A DNA stretch of 63,037 nt, the filler included, from Sluysia triapertura (Eukaryota): the NCBI GenBank assembly GCA_046118255.1. It is 4 parts of 4 records of this genome, joined end to end, with 100 filler letters (N's around TTAATTAATTAA, not from the genome) between each part and the next. Parts side by side here need not be neighbours in the genome. Positions count along the whole stretch, not along the records: positions 37,676 to 63,037 come from JBJNIA010184056.1; 3 more parts are not named here. One strand, given 5' to 3'. Below are positions 38,900-53,000 of the stretch, piece after piece (position 1 is the first letter of the stretch; every line of letters begins with the position of its first letter). Under the pieces are notes generated by a model that made no database searches, had not been told where the DNA came from, and saw only the letters and a program-made list of their open reading frames with translations. Made by a program: the position numbers and the translations under genes.

Positions 38900-40794
38900 T
38901 AATTAAAATAGAATTTTACTAAATTTAAAATTGTATACCGGATTATATAAAAATAATGTTCAATGTTGCATTCTATAGGCTTTAATGATTCCTAGGTTTT
39001 AACATTGAGTTCGTTAAATTAACAATCACTTATCAGAACGATGAATACGGGTTATTTGATAAATCATTAGTTGTAATATTATCATTAATTTCTTGGTGAT
39101 TCACTGGATTGCTTGATTCTGTTGAAGACAACTCAACTAAGAAAGTTCTTTTTGTAAAGTAAATATTAACACGTAAAATGATATATTTAAGATTTTAAAC
39201 ACCCTGTAAAACTAATTTTATATATGAAATTATTACATTAATGCGTTAAGTTACGTTATCAATTTTGAGATAGTTAATACGGTATTTGAAGTAAAATGTT
39301 GGTTCAGTTTAATTCAGATTTGTAAGCACTTCTATCAGGTAAGAAAAACAAAAACTTAAACTACAAAACTTGTTCTACTTTTTGTAGTAACGAATAATCA
39401 AAATATACTTAAGTATAATTTTGTAAAGTTAAGTCGACAACATATATTCATCGTTTCATTTTTCAGTTTGATATTAATTATGTTAAATAAAAAATTTATT
39501 TTTAAGTTACCACAATCAGAACTTTTAGAACTTTTAGTTTTATTTACTTTATTAAAACCTTTTTGTTGAAAAATCAAAAATTCTTTAATTTCTCTAATTA
39601 ACTTTAATTGCAAATAATTATTGAGAAAGAAAAGGACTAAATTAACGACAATTTTATTGCTATTAACAAAATATTTAACGTTTATTTTTGAAAATTTCTT
39701 GTCAGTAATGGTTTTGCCGGTAAGTTTCGAATTCCGCTTTTGTAATATTCTAAAAACAAAAAAAAGTAAATGAACATCGTTGTTGATGATACTGTTATCA
39801 GTGTTATTAAAATTAGAAATTACTTTAGAGGAGTTCTTGAAAACCATGCTATCTCGAGCAACATTAGCAAAGTCATTTCGATAAGACAAGAATTGATCAG
39901 GTCAGAGTCTGTACTCGTAAGTAGTTGTTGTCTAGGGTCATGTCGACATTTGATCGAATGTTCTTCAATTGGCCTTGATAATTGTGTGTTGAATGGTCGC
40001 TGCGTTCGAGTAAATGTTTTGGACTCGTTCTTTCTCTTTTCTATAAAGGAACATATGACTTGGGATTTTTCGTCTTTTCTAACGTTGTGATTCCAACATT
40101 TAGTTAATTTTATATGTAATACACAATTTCCTTTAACTTGTACAATGACAATAAACGTTCTTTAATATGGTTCAGAGTAGTCAGATTATATTAATAACTT
40201 AAAATTTTGATTTAGATCATTCACGTTAGTACAAATCGTTATATCTCTTCTCATTGGAAAACTCAGCGTATTTTGAGTAGTATTAAATTTATCTTAAATA
40301 ATTTTGATTAATTCTGCAGAAATTCGCATAATAAATTCATAATAGGTATTTTCTTTTACATTTTCAGTTGATCTTTTGATTTCTGAAGTCAAATGACATT
40401 GAGAGAATATTTCTATATAGTTAATGCATAATCTGGTTTTGTTACTAACACTTGTAATGATAGTTTTGAAATCACGAACCTCACGTTTATTTATAATGAG
40501 CATACTTTCATTGCTGTACAGCCGAGTAATCACCTCTAAATTTTGATGAATAAATTGTTTTAGAACATTAATATAGAGCCTAGGATAAAGGATTTTATTA
40601 ATTTTAAGCCATTTAAATTGAAGATCTCGGATATAATTAAATGAATTAGGTAAATAATCTAAAGTATATTTGATTCTTGCAGTATCTTCGATCAAATTTT
40701 GACTTTCTAAAGAGAATCTATTAAATTCATTTGTATATAAAGCCATATTAGCTCCTAAAAGCGGATGAATGTTATCTTTATATTTGTTATTCAT
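38900..40794 (-). pseudogene. Unknown 'gene X' (copy 2, 5' end intact, downstream of hairpin 2)
   Basis: ORF 40294..40794 reads on past its TAA and through frameshifts into 39398..39889. It shares collinear blocks with the 19-kb copy: KREV, DL..F.LL, FLSYRND..V.RD, INNDVH and RVNIY (about 39159-39173). Intronless. 3' limit approximate. Confidence 0.6.
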
Positions 40795-41014
40795 TTTTAA
40801 TCTAATATTGTAGTATTTACCACATCTTATAAAATCACTAAATCGTTACTAAATTCAATTATTTTGATAATTATTCTATCACTATTATTAGCTACTCGGG
40901 GTGATTGGATATCCAACCCAATCTAGCAGAAAATTTGTACAATTGTGGTTATGATTGTACAGCCAATCAATTGTTACTCGACAGAATTTAATTGTAATTA
41001 ACTGTCATCATAAG

Positions 41015-41073
41015 CATCATCAATAGTGACATTAAACCAAACATGTGAACTAAAAGTGTCACTATTGATGATG
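41015..41073. repeat. Terminal hairpin 2: 17-bp perfect inverted repeat CATCATCAATAGTGACA with 25-nt loop
   Basis: Seen directly: catcatcaatagtgaca (41015-41031) ... tgtcactattgatgatg (41057-41073). The 16-bp arm is identical to hairpin 1. It lies about 220 bp upstream of the gene X ATG at 40794. Confidence 0.9.
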
Positions 41074-41199
41074 GCAGCTACCAAATAATTTTTATAAAAA
41101 TGATAATAATAATAATTTTAATGTTATTACTATTATTTTAATATAAATCACATAAATCTTTTAAACTTAAAAACATCAGCTTTTTCTTAATCTGATATT

Positions 41200-42050
41200 A
41201 TTTCTTAACATATTTAGAAATCAATTTCTTAGTTTACAGCAGTTAATTGTCTAAGGTTGAATGTTAAGATTTTGTGAACGTATGGTGTTAAGTATTTTGA
41301 AATAATATAAATGTTTAAAATGGATCATAAATGTACATTGGTGTTTTGAATGAAAGTAATGTTTGAATGTTAAAATATTGTGAATTATAAGTATGTTGAA
41401 AAAGAGAAGTTTAGTGTATGAAATGGAGATAAGTTATAGTCTACCTTTTGGTACGTTGAAGAGTTGGTTGTACAATCTTGTAAATGTGATTTATTTTCTT
41501 GATATTTTAAGTAATATTATCTTTCTTAGATGTTAGGGATTAAATGATAAAGAATTATGAATTTGGAATGTTTGAATTGATTTGAAAATGTCTAGTAGTT
41601 AATTTCGGATGTGGTAGTAATTGAATTGTTATGAAATAACGAATAAAATATTTAAGATGAACTTTTTAATGTAAATTAATGATTTTGAATATGATTGTGG
41701 TTTGAATGTTATAAGAATGTGGATTTAAAATTTTTATGGTAAATTGAAATTGATTTTTGGGGATCTGACAAGAGATAAGATACACAACGGTTTTGACGAA
41801 TTCTAAAAGGTTGTGTGGTGTTGAAAAGGATATGATTTTAGTTATGTTTGTATTGAACTGTGAATTTAAAATGTGAGTTGTAGATTTTGAAGGTGAGTTT
41901 GATATTGAAACATGTGATTTTGATTATATTGACATAGAACTATGTAAAAAGATGTTTTTAATGAATTTTAAAATGTATATTGTATATTTTGAAAGTGTAT
42001 GTGGTTTTGTAATGTTCGAAGGAAAATTTTTTAATAAAATTTGTTAAAGA
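41200..42050 (-). mobile_element. Probable Penelope-like retroelement remnant
   Basis: NSHFKFTVQ (N..HPNIKFT.E-like) and strong strand-asymmetric composition; very decayed. Confidence 0.35.
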
Positions 42051-43229
42051 TAATAGGTCTTATATTTTAAAACTAATTAATTAAAATTATAAATAATGTA
42101 AAATCTATTATTAACTTTGAAAACATTGTTTTAAATATTTTCTCTTTATTATCATAAAAGTTAATTATTCTACTTTAATTTTGTAGATATTATACCTAGC
42201 AAAAAAATTCAAGAAACTAAAAACTAAAATAAAATACAAATTTCAATTAAAAAAATTATTATTTAAACCTATTCTTTAAATGTATTTTATGTAAAAGAAA
42301 TTGTTTTTGTTTTATTTTTCTTTAATTTTATTCTAAATAAATATTTGAAAATCCAAATTTATAAATGAATCGAAATTAAGTTATATGTAATAGAATTCAG
42401 AAATAAACCTAATAGAAAATATTAATTGTATTGCTAAAATGTTTAAGTAATAAAATAACACGAATAAAGATCAAAATTTGAAAAATTGATTAATCAATAA
42501 GAATAATTTTGTCTTAATCTTTTTATTTTTTGATTTAATTCTTTTAGATGATTTATCTATTTATTTTATTGGCTATTTTATCTTGAATCTTGGTATTGTA
42601 TTAAGAAATACCATCATACAAGAATATAAACTATTAACATTGGTGTATCTTCTATTCTTTTTAACAGCAGTTTCTAAATTTTCAAATCTATTCTGAAAAT
42701 AATGTTAAAATTTAAAATAAATCCCAATAAATATCATGCAAGTCTAAATTTAAGTTAAATATATTATGTTACACTGAAACTAATAACAATGTGTTTGTTT
42801 GTCTGGTAATTAGTTACTGAACCGTTTATTAGGTACATTTTTATCGACAGGTCAAAGTTAAAAGTTAATCTTTTGGTGTTTTATTATGTCCATGTATGTA
42901 CACTTTCGGCCAAACTAAAACGCAAGGCATTTTAATATTTGAAATGTATAATTAATTTACATATAGTCTACAATTGCTCTGAAATAACTTTCAATAGGCT
43001 TAATGCTTTTATCTTTATTAATCAAATTGAAATTGAGCTTAGAATTGATTACTAAATAAAAGTTTATTGGTTTTAATTAATGATTTACAATAACAATTAA
43101 AATACATTACTAAAATGATGTATTTTTATCTACACAGAGTTAATCCAACCAATAAACAAGAGAATAAAGTGGTTTAAAATTTGTGTAACAAATATTAAAG
43201 TACAGATATTAATTGTACAACCTTTAAAA

Positions 43230-43589
43230 CAGTGGTGTCAAAGTGGCGGCCCGCGGAGGCAAATCATGCGGCCCGTGTATTTACATACAATACCAGGATA
43301 GGTACACGAATATTCATCCGTTATTTTGACGATGATCAAGCTGAATTAATTAAATTTTTAATTCATTTATTAACATCTAAAAATAAAAGTACTACAGGTG
43401 GTCAAGTACTTCTATACTACATATTACTTCTATACTATATAATACTATATATTATATACTATATAATATATAGTGTATATATATAGTACATATATATAGT
43501 ATATATATTGCATCTTAGTACATTAATTTATTTCAAAGTGGCGGAGGCAAATCATGCGGCCCGTAAAGCAAAAAGGTTTGACACCACTG
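43230..43589. mobile_element. hAT (Charlie-like) MITE
   Basis: TIRs CAGTGGTGTCAAA / TTTGACACCACTG; repeated GCGGCCCG subterminal motifs; degenerate 8-bp flanks CTTTAAAA / GTTTAGAG. Confidence 0.85.
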
Positions 43590-46500
43590 GTTTAGAGCGA
43601 AATAATTTAATTCAAATAATTCAGAATTTAGTTAGACTGTTTTGTATTCACAAAATGTAAATATATAGTCCCAATATTCAAATTTGATTTAAATAATACT
43701 TAATTTAAATAATAATAAATAAATAATAATTTAAATAATCAAACGATTTAAATAATACTTTACAATTTGAAAAGGCTCAGTGATTTATTAAAAATAAAAA
43801 TACAGATTAATCGTAAAGTTTTGAAATCACAATTTTTCAAAAAAACATTTCTTATTTTACTATTTATTATTTGTTTTGCATATTTTTTCCTCTTAATTGA
43901 ATTTCTGACGACTATCATTAATGTTTTTTATATTTATAATAAAATAAACGATCAATTATTTGTGAAAGATAATAATTGATTTTTAACGCTTGATTTTATG
44001 CTTAATAATTAATTTTTCATATTGATTAGCGCTTCATTTTTGCACATTTTGAGAATTATATGGTTAATTTATTCACAAATTCATAAAATAAAGAAATATA
44101 GACTGATTTCAAAGAAAAATGAAATATGTTTTGGAAATTTGGATTTCATTATTTTCCTTTGAAAAATTGATATGGTGTAAGTGATTAATTCACATATTAA
44201 TAAATTGGATATTTTTCCGGAAAAGATGTAATAATTACTATATTATAATTTTAAAGCAATGTCGTTTATTTTTCTTGATTCCGAAAAGGCACGAAATTTG
44301 GATTATTTTCATTCAGATTTTTGAAAAAATATTGATACTTCATATCAACATTAGTTTAAAAATACATCATTACCAAATGAAATAGTAGAAATTAATAACA
44401 AATTAATAACAATTTGTAATGGATAATTCGTAAATTTTGGGATTTTAGGATATAGTAAAGTAAAGAATAACTATGTTCTTCAAGTTTCGAAAATAATGCA
44501 GAAGTTTATCAAAATCAATTATTATGTTTAATTCAACTTTTTACTGCAAGTAACTATGCGTAAGTAAAAGTAGCTCAAATTCACTTTTAATGACTGAATT
44601 CAATAAATGTCGAAACACTTTGATGTTTCCAGAAAATAATTTATTTATAAATTTAAATAAACAATGTAGACAAATGAAATATATATTTGGGAATATGTAT
44701 TCTGGAATTTCATTATTTCCTTCTGAATATGAAGTAACTGGTATGAAAGAGGACACGGTACAAGTGATTAATTCACATTTAATAAATTAGATATTTTTCC
44801 GGAAAATGTTAAATGACAAAATGCATCAAATAAAAAGTCCATTAACTATTGAAAAATTGGGACAAATATCAACTTCAATTGAAGATATTTCTGATACATA
44901 ATTTAATACATCTTGCTTTAATCAAAAGTATAAGTTACTTTTGTGACACTTTGTATTTTTGTTGGCAAATCATAATAATTACATGTTTACTAAACTTATT
45001 TTAAGTATGTTTTAAATTTTCAACTACCATTTCCTTAATGATAAATAAAACAAAAGAAAACTTTTATTATTTATAAAATAGAAATCAAATTTTCCAAACA
45101 TTATAGAACAATATTTACTATTGATTACTATTTTTAAACAATGTGTTATTAATTAACATTTTGTTTGTTCCAGTTAAAAGAAACTTATATCTTTATATAT
45201 GAATGTGTTAAAATGTTTTCTAATTTTCTTTTATTTAACAAATGCTTTTGAAAATTATTTATAATTGTAAATATTGCAAATTTTATACATTATTATAACA
45301 AAATTGTATGTTATATCGATATATCGACTCACAAATATGAATAATATCAAACTTCAACCAAGGTTCAAAAATAATGCTTTAAAACTTTTACTTTTCATGT
45401 AATATGATGTTAGTTGTTATTACTGTGGAAAATGAAAAACTTTTAAAAACAAAATGTTTTAATATAATTTGCAAATACTTTTGGCTTTACACAAGAAAAC
45501 AATATCCATAATTAAACATTCATCCAAATTCTTTTAAAACTTTATATTTTCTTAAATTAAAAATTTCAATAATATTTTTAATTTATTAATTCATTTATTA
45601 TTGCAGTTATAATTATTAAATTTTAAAATGACATTTTTTTGTTTTGCCGCATTTTTGCTAATTGTTTATTCTGATTATTCTCAATTACTTATTGTAAAAA
45701 GTCTAATTATAATAATGATCTCCCTTTAAGATAAAACCTTTAAATTGATGTTTTAATCGATTATTTCTGTAAAAAACTATAATTTTCACTAATATGCATA
45801 AAGTTTTGACAAATTATATATTCATAAATAATTTTCTAGAATCTTTTACCAATAAAATTTAAACAAAATTTACAAAATTTATTTATATTTGGAATTTCAT
45901 TATTTCTTTTTGAACGTAGAACTAAATCGAATAAGAGCAATTTGTTTACTCCAAATATTAATATATTAAATGTTTTCTTCTTAGAAAACAAAAGATAAAT
46001 TGAACAAATATTAAACAATGATAATTCTAGTAACATTTATGATCTGTTAAATATAAGATTGTTTTTAAAATAAATTTAAAGGCACATTTTATTACTAATG
46101 GAACATTATGTTTAGTAAGCACTTTGAAGAAGTTAGTAAAATCCTAGCAAAAGTTAGTAAAATCATTATACATTCTTCTGCAGAAAATGATTGAATATCT
46201 AAAATCATCCTAAATGCATAAACTCGCTTTATTAAATTCATCAAATCTTAAATTAAATTAAGTATTAAATTAAGACATTTATGGGGATTTTCTGCTGAAA
46301 TACAACATAGAAAATATACATAGATCTATCTCAGAATGTGTATCATTAATCATGAATAAAGTCATAATCTTTACGTAGAAGATATTGATATTATCTCTGC
46401 ATCTTCATTTAAAGATTATATTGAAACAAATTTTGCAACAATTTCACAAGAACATATGTAAATGAAAAAACAGTTTCTATGGAAACGACTACAATAAAAA

Positions 46501-49376
46501 CATCATTCTAAAAATTCTCATTTAAAATCAAAGAATATTATAAATAAAGAACCACAAGACACATTTTAACAATAGAAAGGATTGGCATAAATATATATAA
46601 AAATGGACAATCTATACAATAGAAGAATCAGAATTTTTAGATGAGTATGTGGATAAAAATTAGCATCAAATTTTAGATTTGGATGAATATTAGTATTGGA
46701 TGATTTATAATAGTAGCAGTATTGCAAATGAATTTGTTGTTTCAGTGATTCCAAATAAATCTTATAAGAAAAAAATAAAAGTACTGTAATCAAAAGTATT
46801 GAAATATTAAGAATTAACCAAAACAACAATAATGTAACTTATCAATTTCTTATTCCTAGATAGATTATAACTTAGTAATGTCAGTAAAACTCAATATATA
46901 AAATATTCTACTCATATTACAGGTATGAAAATAAATAGAATTGAAAACAAATAAAATTCTCTTTGTAATTTCTCATCAAATGAAAACTTACACTACAAAA
47001 GACCTTAATCATGAAAATTATTTATTCAGAAAATTAAAAATACACAAAAAAATATTAATAAAAAGTAATAGTAGATGTAATAAGTGATTGTTTTTAAGAA
47101 TATTTTCTATTTTCATGTATTATTGCAAAATGTTATATAAAATATAAAGATTTAACATAGTTGAATAAATTAGGAAAGTTGTTAACAGAGATATAAAAGG
47201 AAATAAAATTTTAAAATTTAAAAGTACATTACAAAGTTTTATAAACAAGCAACCAATTATTTTATGAAATTCTGAACCACTTGTTTACTTTTATTGTAAT
47301 GAAAATCGTGATATTTTTGCTAAATTATTTGTTTGGTCAAAAATGATAAAAAGGAGTTGATATTTAACTAAATTCAAATAAGCTAATATATTATTGTAGT
47401 AAGATTAAAATGGATTGCAAGATTTATCTATAACGATTTTAAATTAAGAAAAATGAAATTACTTAATAATAAATTATTAATTAACAAATTATTTTAGTAC
47501 TATAAATTGTAAGATATTCTTAAAAATTTAAAAATTTTTTTAAATCTCATTTGATAAATTTAACTTATTAAGTGCTTTTATTGTAAATAGGACATAAAAG
47601 TTGATTTATTACACTCACATAATAACTTCTATACATGTTTTTAAGTGCATAGTGAGGCTAAAAATTAAATAACACAAATTAGCACAAAATTAAATGAAGT
47701 GTGATATTAATATTTTATTTTCTAATAATAGGCATATAAAACAAAACAACCTATAATTTAAAGTTAAACGTAGCAGCTTTACATTTTAGAAAATATAATA
47801 AATATAAAATAAAAATAATTTATAAATTAATACACTTCAACTAATTTATGCGAGAAATAGATTTAATTTTTTAGCGACATTTATATAATTTGTATAATGT
47901 ATCAGTTAAAATAAATTCATATAAAAATGTTAAATTGTATTTTTAAAATTATTGTAAATTAATATATTAGCATATGAAATAAAACCTTTTCATATTTGTT
48001 GCATTAATAATAATAGTAGTAATATATTAAATGATTATATTATATAGCATCTGTAATGATACTTATAAAATTTGTATATTTAAATAATAAAATGTGATAA
48101 TTCTTTAGTATCCTTGATAATACAAAATAGAAATATTTCGATATTTATTTTACATTTACAAAATTTAATTTAAATTTAAATAAAACTTATATACGATATA
48201 TATTTTTTAATATTAATTTAATTATTGCTAGAAAACAATCACTTGTAAATTTATATTTTTAATTAATCTTTCTTATTTTTATGCAAATAATCGAATATTA
48301 TTTAAACAAAATATTAAATAAAGAAAATTAAAATTAGATAATATTTTTACGTATATTTTATTTTGATTGTTAATTACAATATAGTACAAATTATATTTTA
48401 TAATATTTTACTATACAATTTTAATTTTAATTATTGTAAATTTTATGAATTAAAAATATAATTTAATTAATAAATATTATTTGTCTCAAAAAATATTCAA
48501 TGTTATATAAATTTTTATAAAAACTTTGCATTAAACATTCAAACAATATCATAAAAAGCGATATTAAAATAATGCTTTTTAAAACAGATTAAAATGTATT
48601 TTGTGATGCTTTTACACTTTTAATACTATTTATTTTAACTGAAGTATTATTTGTTTCAAATATTTGCATCAGAATTTAATATCGTTCCTATGTTTGTAAT
48701 ATGATTCAAACTTTATTATCATCACATTGATTGATCTAAGTCATGTGTAGAAAAGTAAATTTTAAAGATTATTTGAAATTACATTTGTACTTTGTTGAGA
48801 AAACATTAACTGTACTTTATATCGTATTTTTATTTTTTAACAATTCAGCAAAGATGATTTAATATTTTTCATGCTATAAAAGGCAAATATATAAAAATTA
48901 TGTAAATTTGTGTAAGTTATTTTATATCTTTATTTACTAAAATATGTTTTAACTCTTTACGACACGTAATTTTATTTTGGTAAATATTTAATCCTTTAGA
49001 ACATGCGATTTTATTTTTTTCAACGCGAATGCACATACTGTATATCTTAAACAACATATTTTTTTAACATAAATTCGTGCGATAGAAGATTAATCTAATA
49101 AATATTTATCATTTTACATTTGAATTTTTATAATTTATCATTTAATAAATAATCTTGTTTTAATTTGAAATGTTTAAATTTTTTTATTTAATTTTTAATG
49201 ACATATTGTCACTAAAATCATGAATGCCGAAAAAAAAGTTTTAGTCTATGTAAAGTCGCCTGTCGAAGTCATCAGCAACACAAGGAGTGTATGAATAAAC
49301 TCTCAGCAGCAAAAGAATTATTTTACATTATATTAGATGCATTAAAAATTCATGCATAGCACATTCTATGATATAC

Positions 49377-49960
49377 CGGATTTGGAAAATCTTCTAGTTC
49401 AAGAAAACCATCTTCAACGACATTTACTAAATGTGTTTTGAACTCATTATCCAAATCGGAAGACTCATAGCTCGATATTGTATGTTTGTGTGCTACAGTT
49501 GAATATTTCTAAAAATAATTTCATTAATTATAAATTTATTTATTACTGATTAACAAAATCAATAAATAATTTTATACATTAAACTTAAATTAACCTCTAT
49601 AATATTAGAAACTGCACCATAGGAACGAATGTGACCAAAGTAACCTATAAATATAATAAATTAATAAATTAATATCATTAAGAAATTTTTTCTTAAATTT
49701 AAAGTCACGTACATAGTAAAATTGAAAATAATTATTTGAAACAGTTAAATAAAAATTATGATTATAATTGATATGAAATATAAATATTGGAAATAAATTT
49801 TTTATTAAAACATTCTTAATATTTGAATATTTTATATAAAACTGTATATATTATTACATCTATTGTTGTCAGTATGTTGTTACCTTATTATGTAGAATAT
49901 TGTGTACAATCTTTAAAATAAAAATTGTCAATTATATGAACATTTTAAATTTCATCAATA

Positions 49961-50000
<40 letters not shown>

Positions 50001-53000
50001 TAACTTGCTTGCAATTTTAAATATTATAAAAAAGCAAATCGATAACTAAATGAAGTTTATAAAATGTCTTTGCAGTTATTGAATAAGGAGACATTTTAGT
50101 TATTGCATCTTTTTTTTAAATTTGCATTTGTATTTTGAAAAAAGTTAACCTATTTAAAAAAGATAGATCATTAATTTAAAAGTTTCATTTTTTGAATATT
50201 CTTGGTACTTAATTTATAAATATTTATTTAATTTAATATTTGATAAAAGCTGAAAATTATTCATTGCTGTTATTAACCTAATTAACATTACTTAACTTAA
50301 CCAAATTAATATTAAAATAAATTTGTAAATTCGTTATTTTGGTGCTCGATAATATTTATTTAATTATAATTATTTTAATTTATAATTATAATTTATAATT
50401 ATTCTACTTTAATTTTTGAATAATGAAGAACTTCTTATATTTGCGAGTATTGTTTGTTACAGTTTGAATTTCAGTAATGCAACTTTCAGAATTTTGTCTT
50501 CAAAATTATATTGAATTATTATTGGTCAGAAAATATTGTTTTGTGAAATTTTTATACCGTTTCTTTGTGTTCTCAAAAATATGTAAAATACTCACATTTA
50601 ATTTCTGGGATAAATCTCTTACTTAAACTTACTTCTTGATATTCACAGTTATTAAATCGCATCTTAAGAATGGTATGAGTCATTTCAGTTTTTTACCTGA
50701 TATTACTGGATCAAAAAATATAACTTTCTAATATATAAATTCATCTTATATACTAAAGCTTCTTATATACTGCAAGAACCCTGTAAACATTGTAAATATT
50801 GTAGAAAACAATTTAAATTAAAAATATTTTAAATAGATTTTGAATACTTTATACGTTAAATTAAAAAATTTCATAAAAAATTGCATTTACTTTATCGATC
50901 TAGAACCCATAAATATTCACGGTTAAAGACGATTAACATCTTTATAAACACCAAAAAAGCAACCAGACCTACTTGTAAATGACAAAGCAGAAGCCATAAA
51001 TCAATGTGAAGAAGAGAGGAATCCAGAAATCCTTAAAAAGCGAATACAAACATACAAAAACAAATATAAATAAATGAATACATAGTGTGAAAAATAGTAC
51101 AGGTTAAAGTATATTACCAAAAAGATATTATATACAACTATAATATAAGATTTATTACGTAAGAGCTACAACCACTGCAGAAATAAATTGAGCAAAAAGA
51201 GAAATATTGAATAGAGGGAACTCGACTATAGAGTGGATCTTATATGGTGAAAAATAATTAAATTTTCGAGAATATCATTAACATTAACATGGATAAAAAT
51301 TTCCAATATTAATTAAAATAAAACCAAATTAAAATTTAACATTGTTAAAATAAAAATTAAAATTAAAATAAGTGAACAGAGATAATCCAACATTAAAATT
51401 TTTTAATATATTTTAAATAAAAATTAATAAGTAAAAGTAGTAAATAATAAATAAATAAATAAAAATTAATATATATACGTACTATAATGTAATACTTGAA
51501 AGTTGAAAAATGTATAAACGAAATTGAAATTTTAAATAACTTAGTTAAATAACATGTTTTATAAATTTTAATTTAACTCATCAAAATGAGAAAAAATTAT
51601 AAATTTTTAATTTTAATTATTAATAATTTAAACAATATCAAATAAATAAAGTATGATACATAAAAATTAGTGAGTATAAATAGTGACTATACCATTATTA
51701 TTCTTTCTTATTTTTATTTATTATTATTTGATAGTTCGTTTACTAATTATAATTTTAAAAAATATAAGTATTTTATTAAGAAAATTAAAATATTTAAGAA
51801 AATATTTAAAACAATTAAATTTTATTACCTCTGTAATCACAAGTAATATTGAGCAAATTTGCAGTAGGTGCTGCTTCTTCACCAACACTGTATATAAAAA
51901 TTCTGATCTAAATTATTTAACAAATTATAAAAATTATTATTAATAGATAGAAAGTTAACATCAAAACACTCATTAANNNNNNNNNNNNNNNNNNNNNNNN
52001 NNNNNNNNNNNNNNNNNNNNNNNNNNNNNNNNNNNNNNNNNNNNNNNNNNNNNNNNNNNNNNNNNNNNNNNNNNNNNNNNNNNNNNNNNNNNNNNNNNNN
52101 NNNNNNNNNNNNNNNNNNNNNNNNNNNNNNNNATTATAGAATAAAATAATTACAAAAGTTATTTAAAGTTAACTATTTTATTCTATCGTCAACTTTATAA
52201 ATGTCGGAACAGAGATTTCTTAGCCACGTTTTTAGTAGTATAAGTTAGCTAATTTAATTAAGTAAAAAAGAATTAAAATAAAATAATTTATTAAACAAAA
52301 ATAGAATAATATAAATGAATAATATTAGTCAGAAGGAAAATCTACACAATACATTTACAATTTTATTCTTAACAAAAAGCTAAATTATTGAAAAATAATT
52401 AATACAAAACATTTACAATTTTACTGTTGAATATATTTAAAAAAGTAATTTACATTGTGATTATGGTGATTATGACATACAAATATATTTATCATAAACC
52501 ATATTCAATAACCACCTTATTCAAATTTATACTCCTAAATGAATTAATTTTAATATTAAATCTGAGCAGTTTTAGCATAGAATTAAGTGAAGTTTGTGGC
52601 TTAAATAAATACTAAATGATTAACTAAACATGTTATTTCGTTTACACTTATCAAAACAATATTTAGGTGTTTATTACAAATTCTAAAATTACGAATATAT
52701 TTTAGTTTCATTTTACCTTTGTTATAATAACAATAATAATAATTATTATTATAGCATTTGTGTGTACAATCATCATTGTCCATATATTCGGTTACTAGAT
52801 ATTGACTCAATGAAATTTGATTTGGTTACAACCACTCATAAACCAAATTTTTGGATTAAAAAATTTATTTTTAATTTATAGTAGTAGTAATTACTTTTAC
52901 TAATAATGTTTTCAGTAACTCTCATTAGAAATTCAGTATCAGACATTTTGAAGGAAAAGATGTAAGGTTATCAAAAGTTCTATCAACTGATTTATTATTT

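Noticed and set aside
39770-40090. 106-aa Cys-rich plus-strand ORF
   Set aside because: Antisense to gene X; conservation with the 19-kb copy is in minus-strand frames.
43232-43486. 84-aa ORF
   Set aside because: Lies within a non-coding hAT MITE and runs into low-complexity TA-rich sequence.
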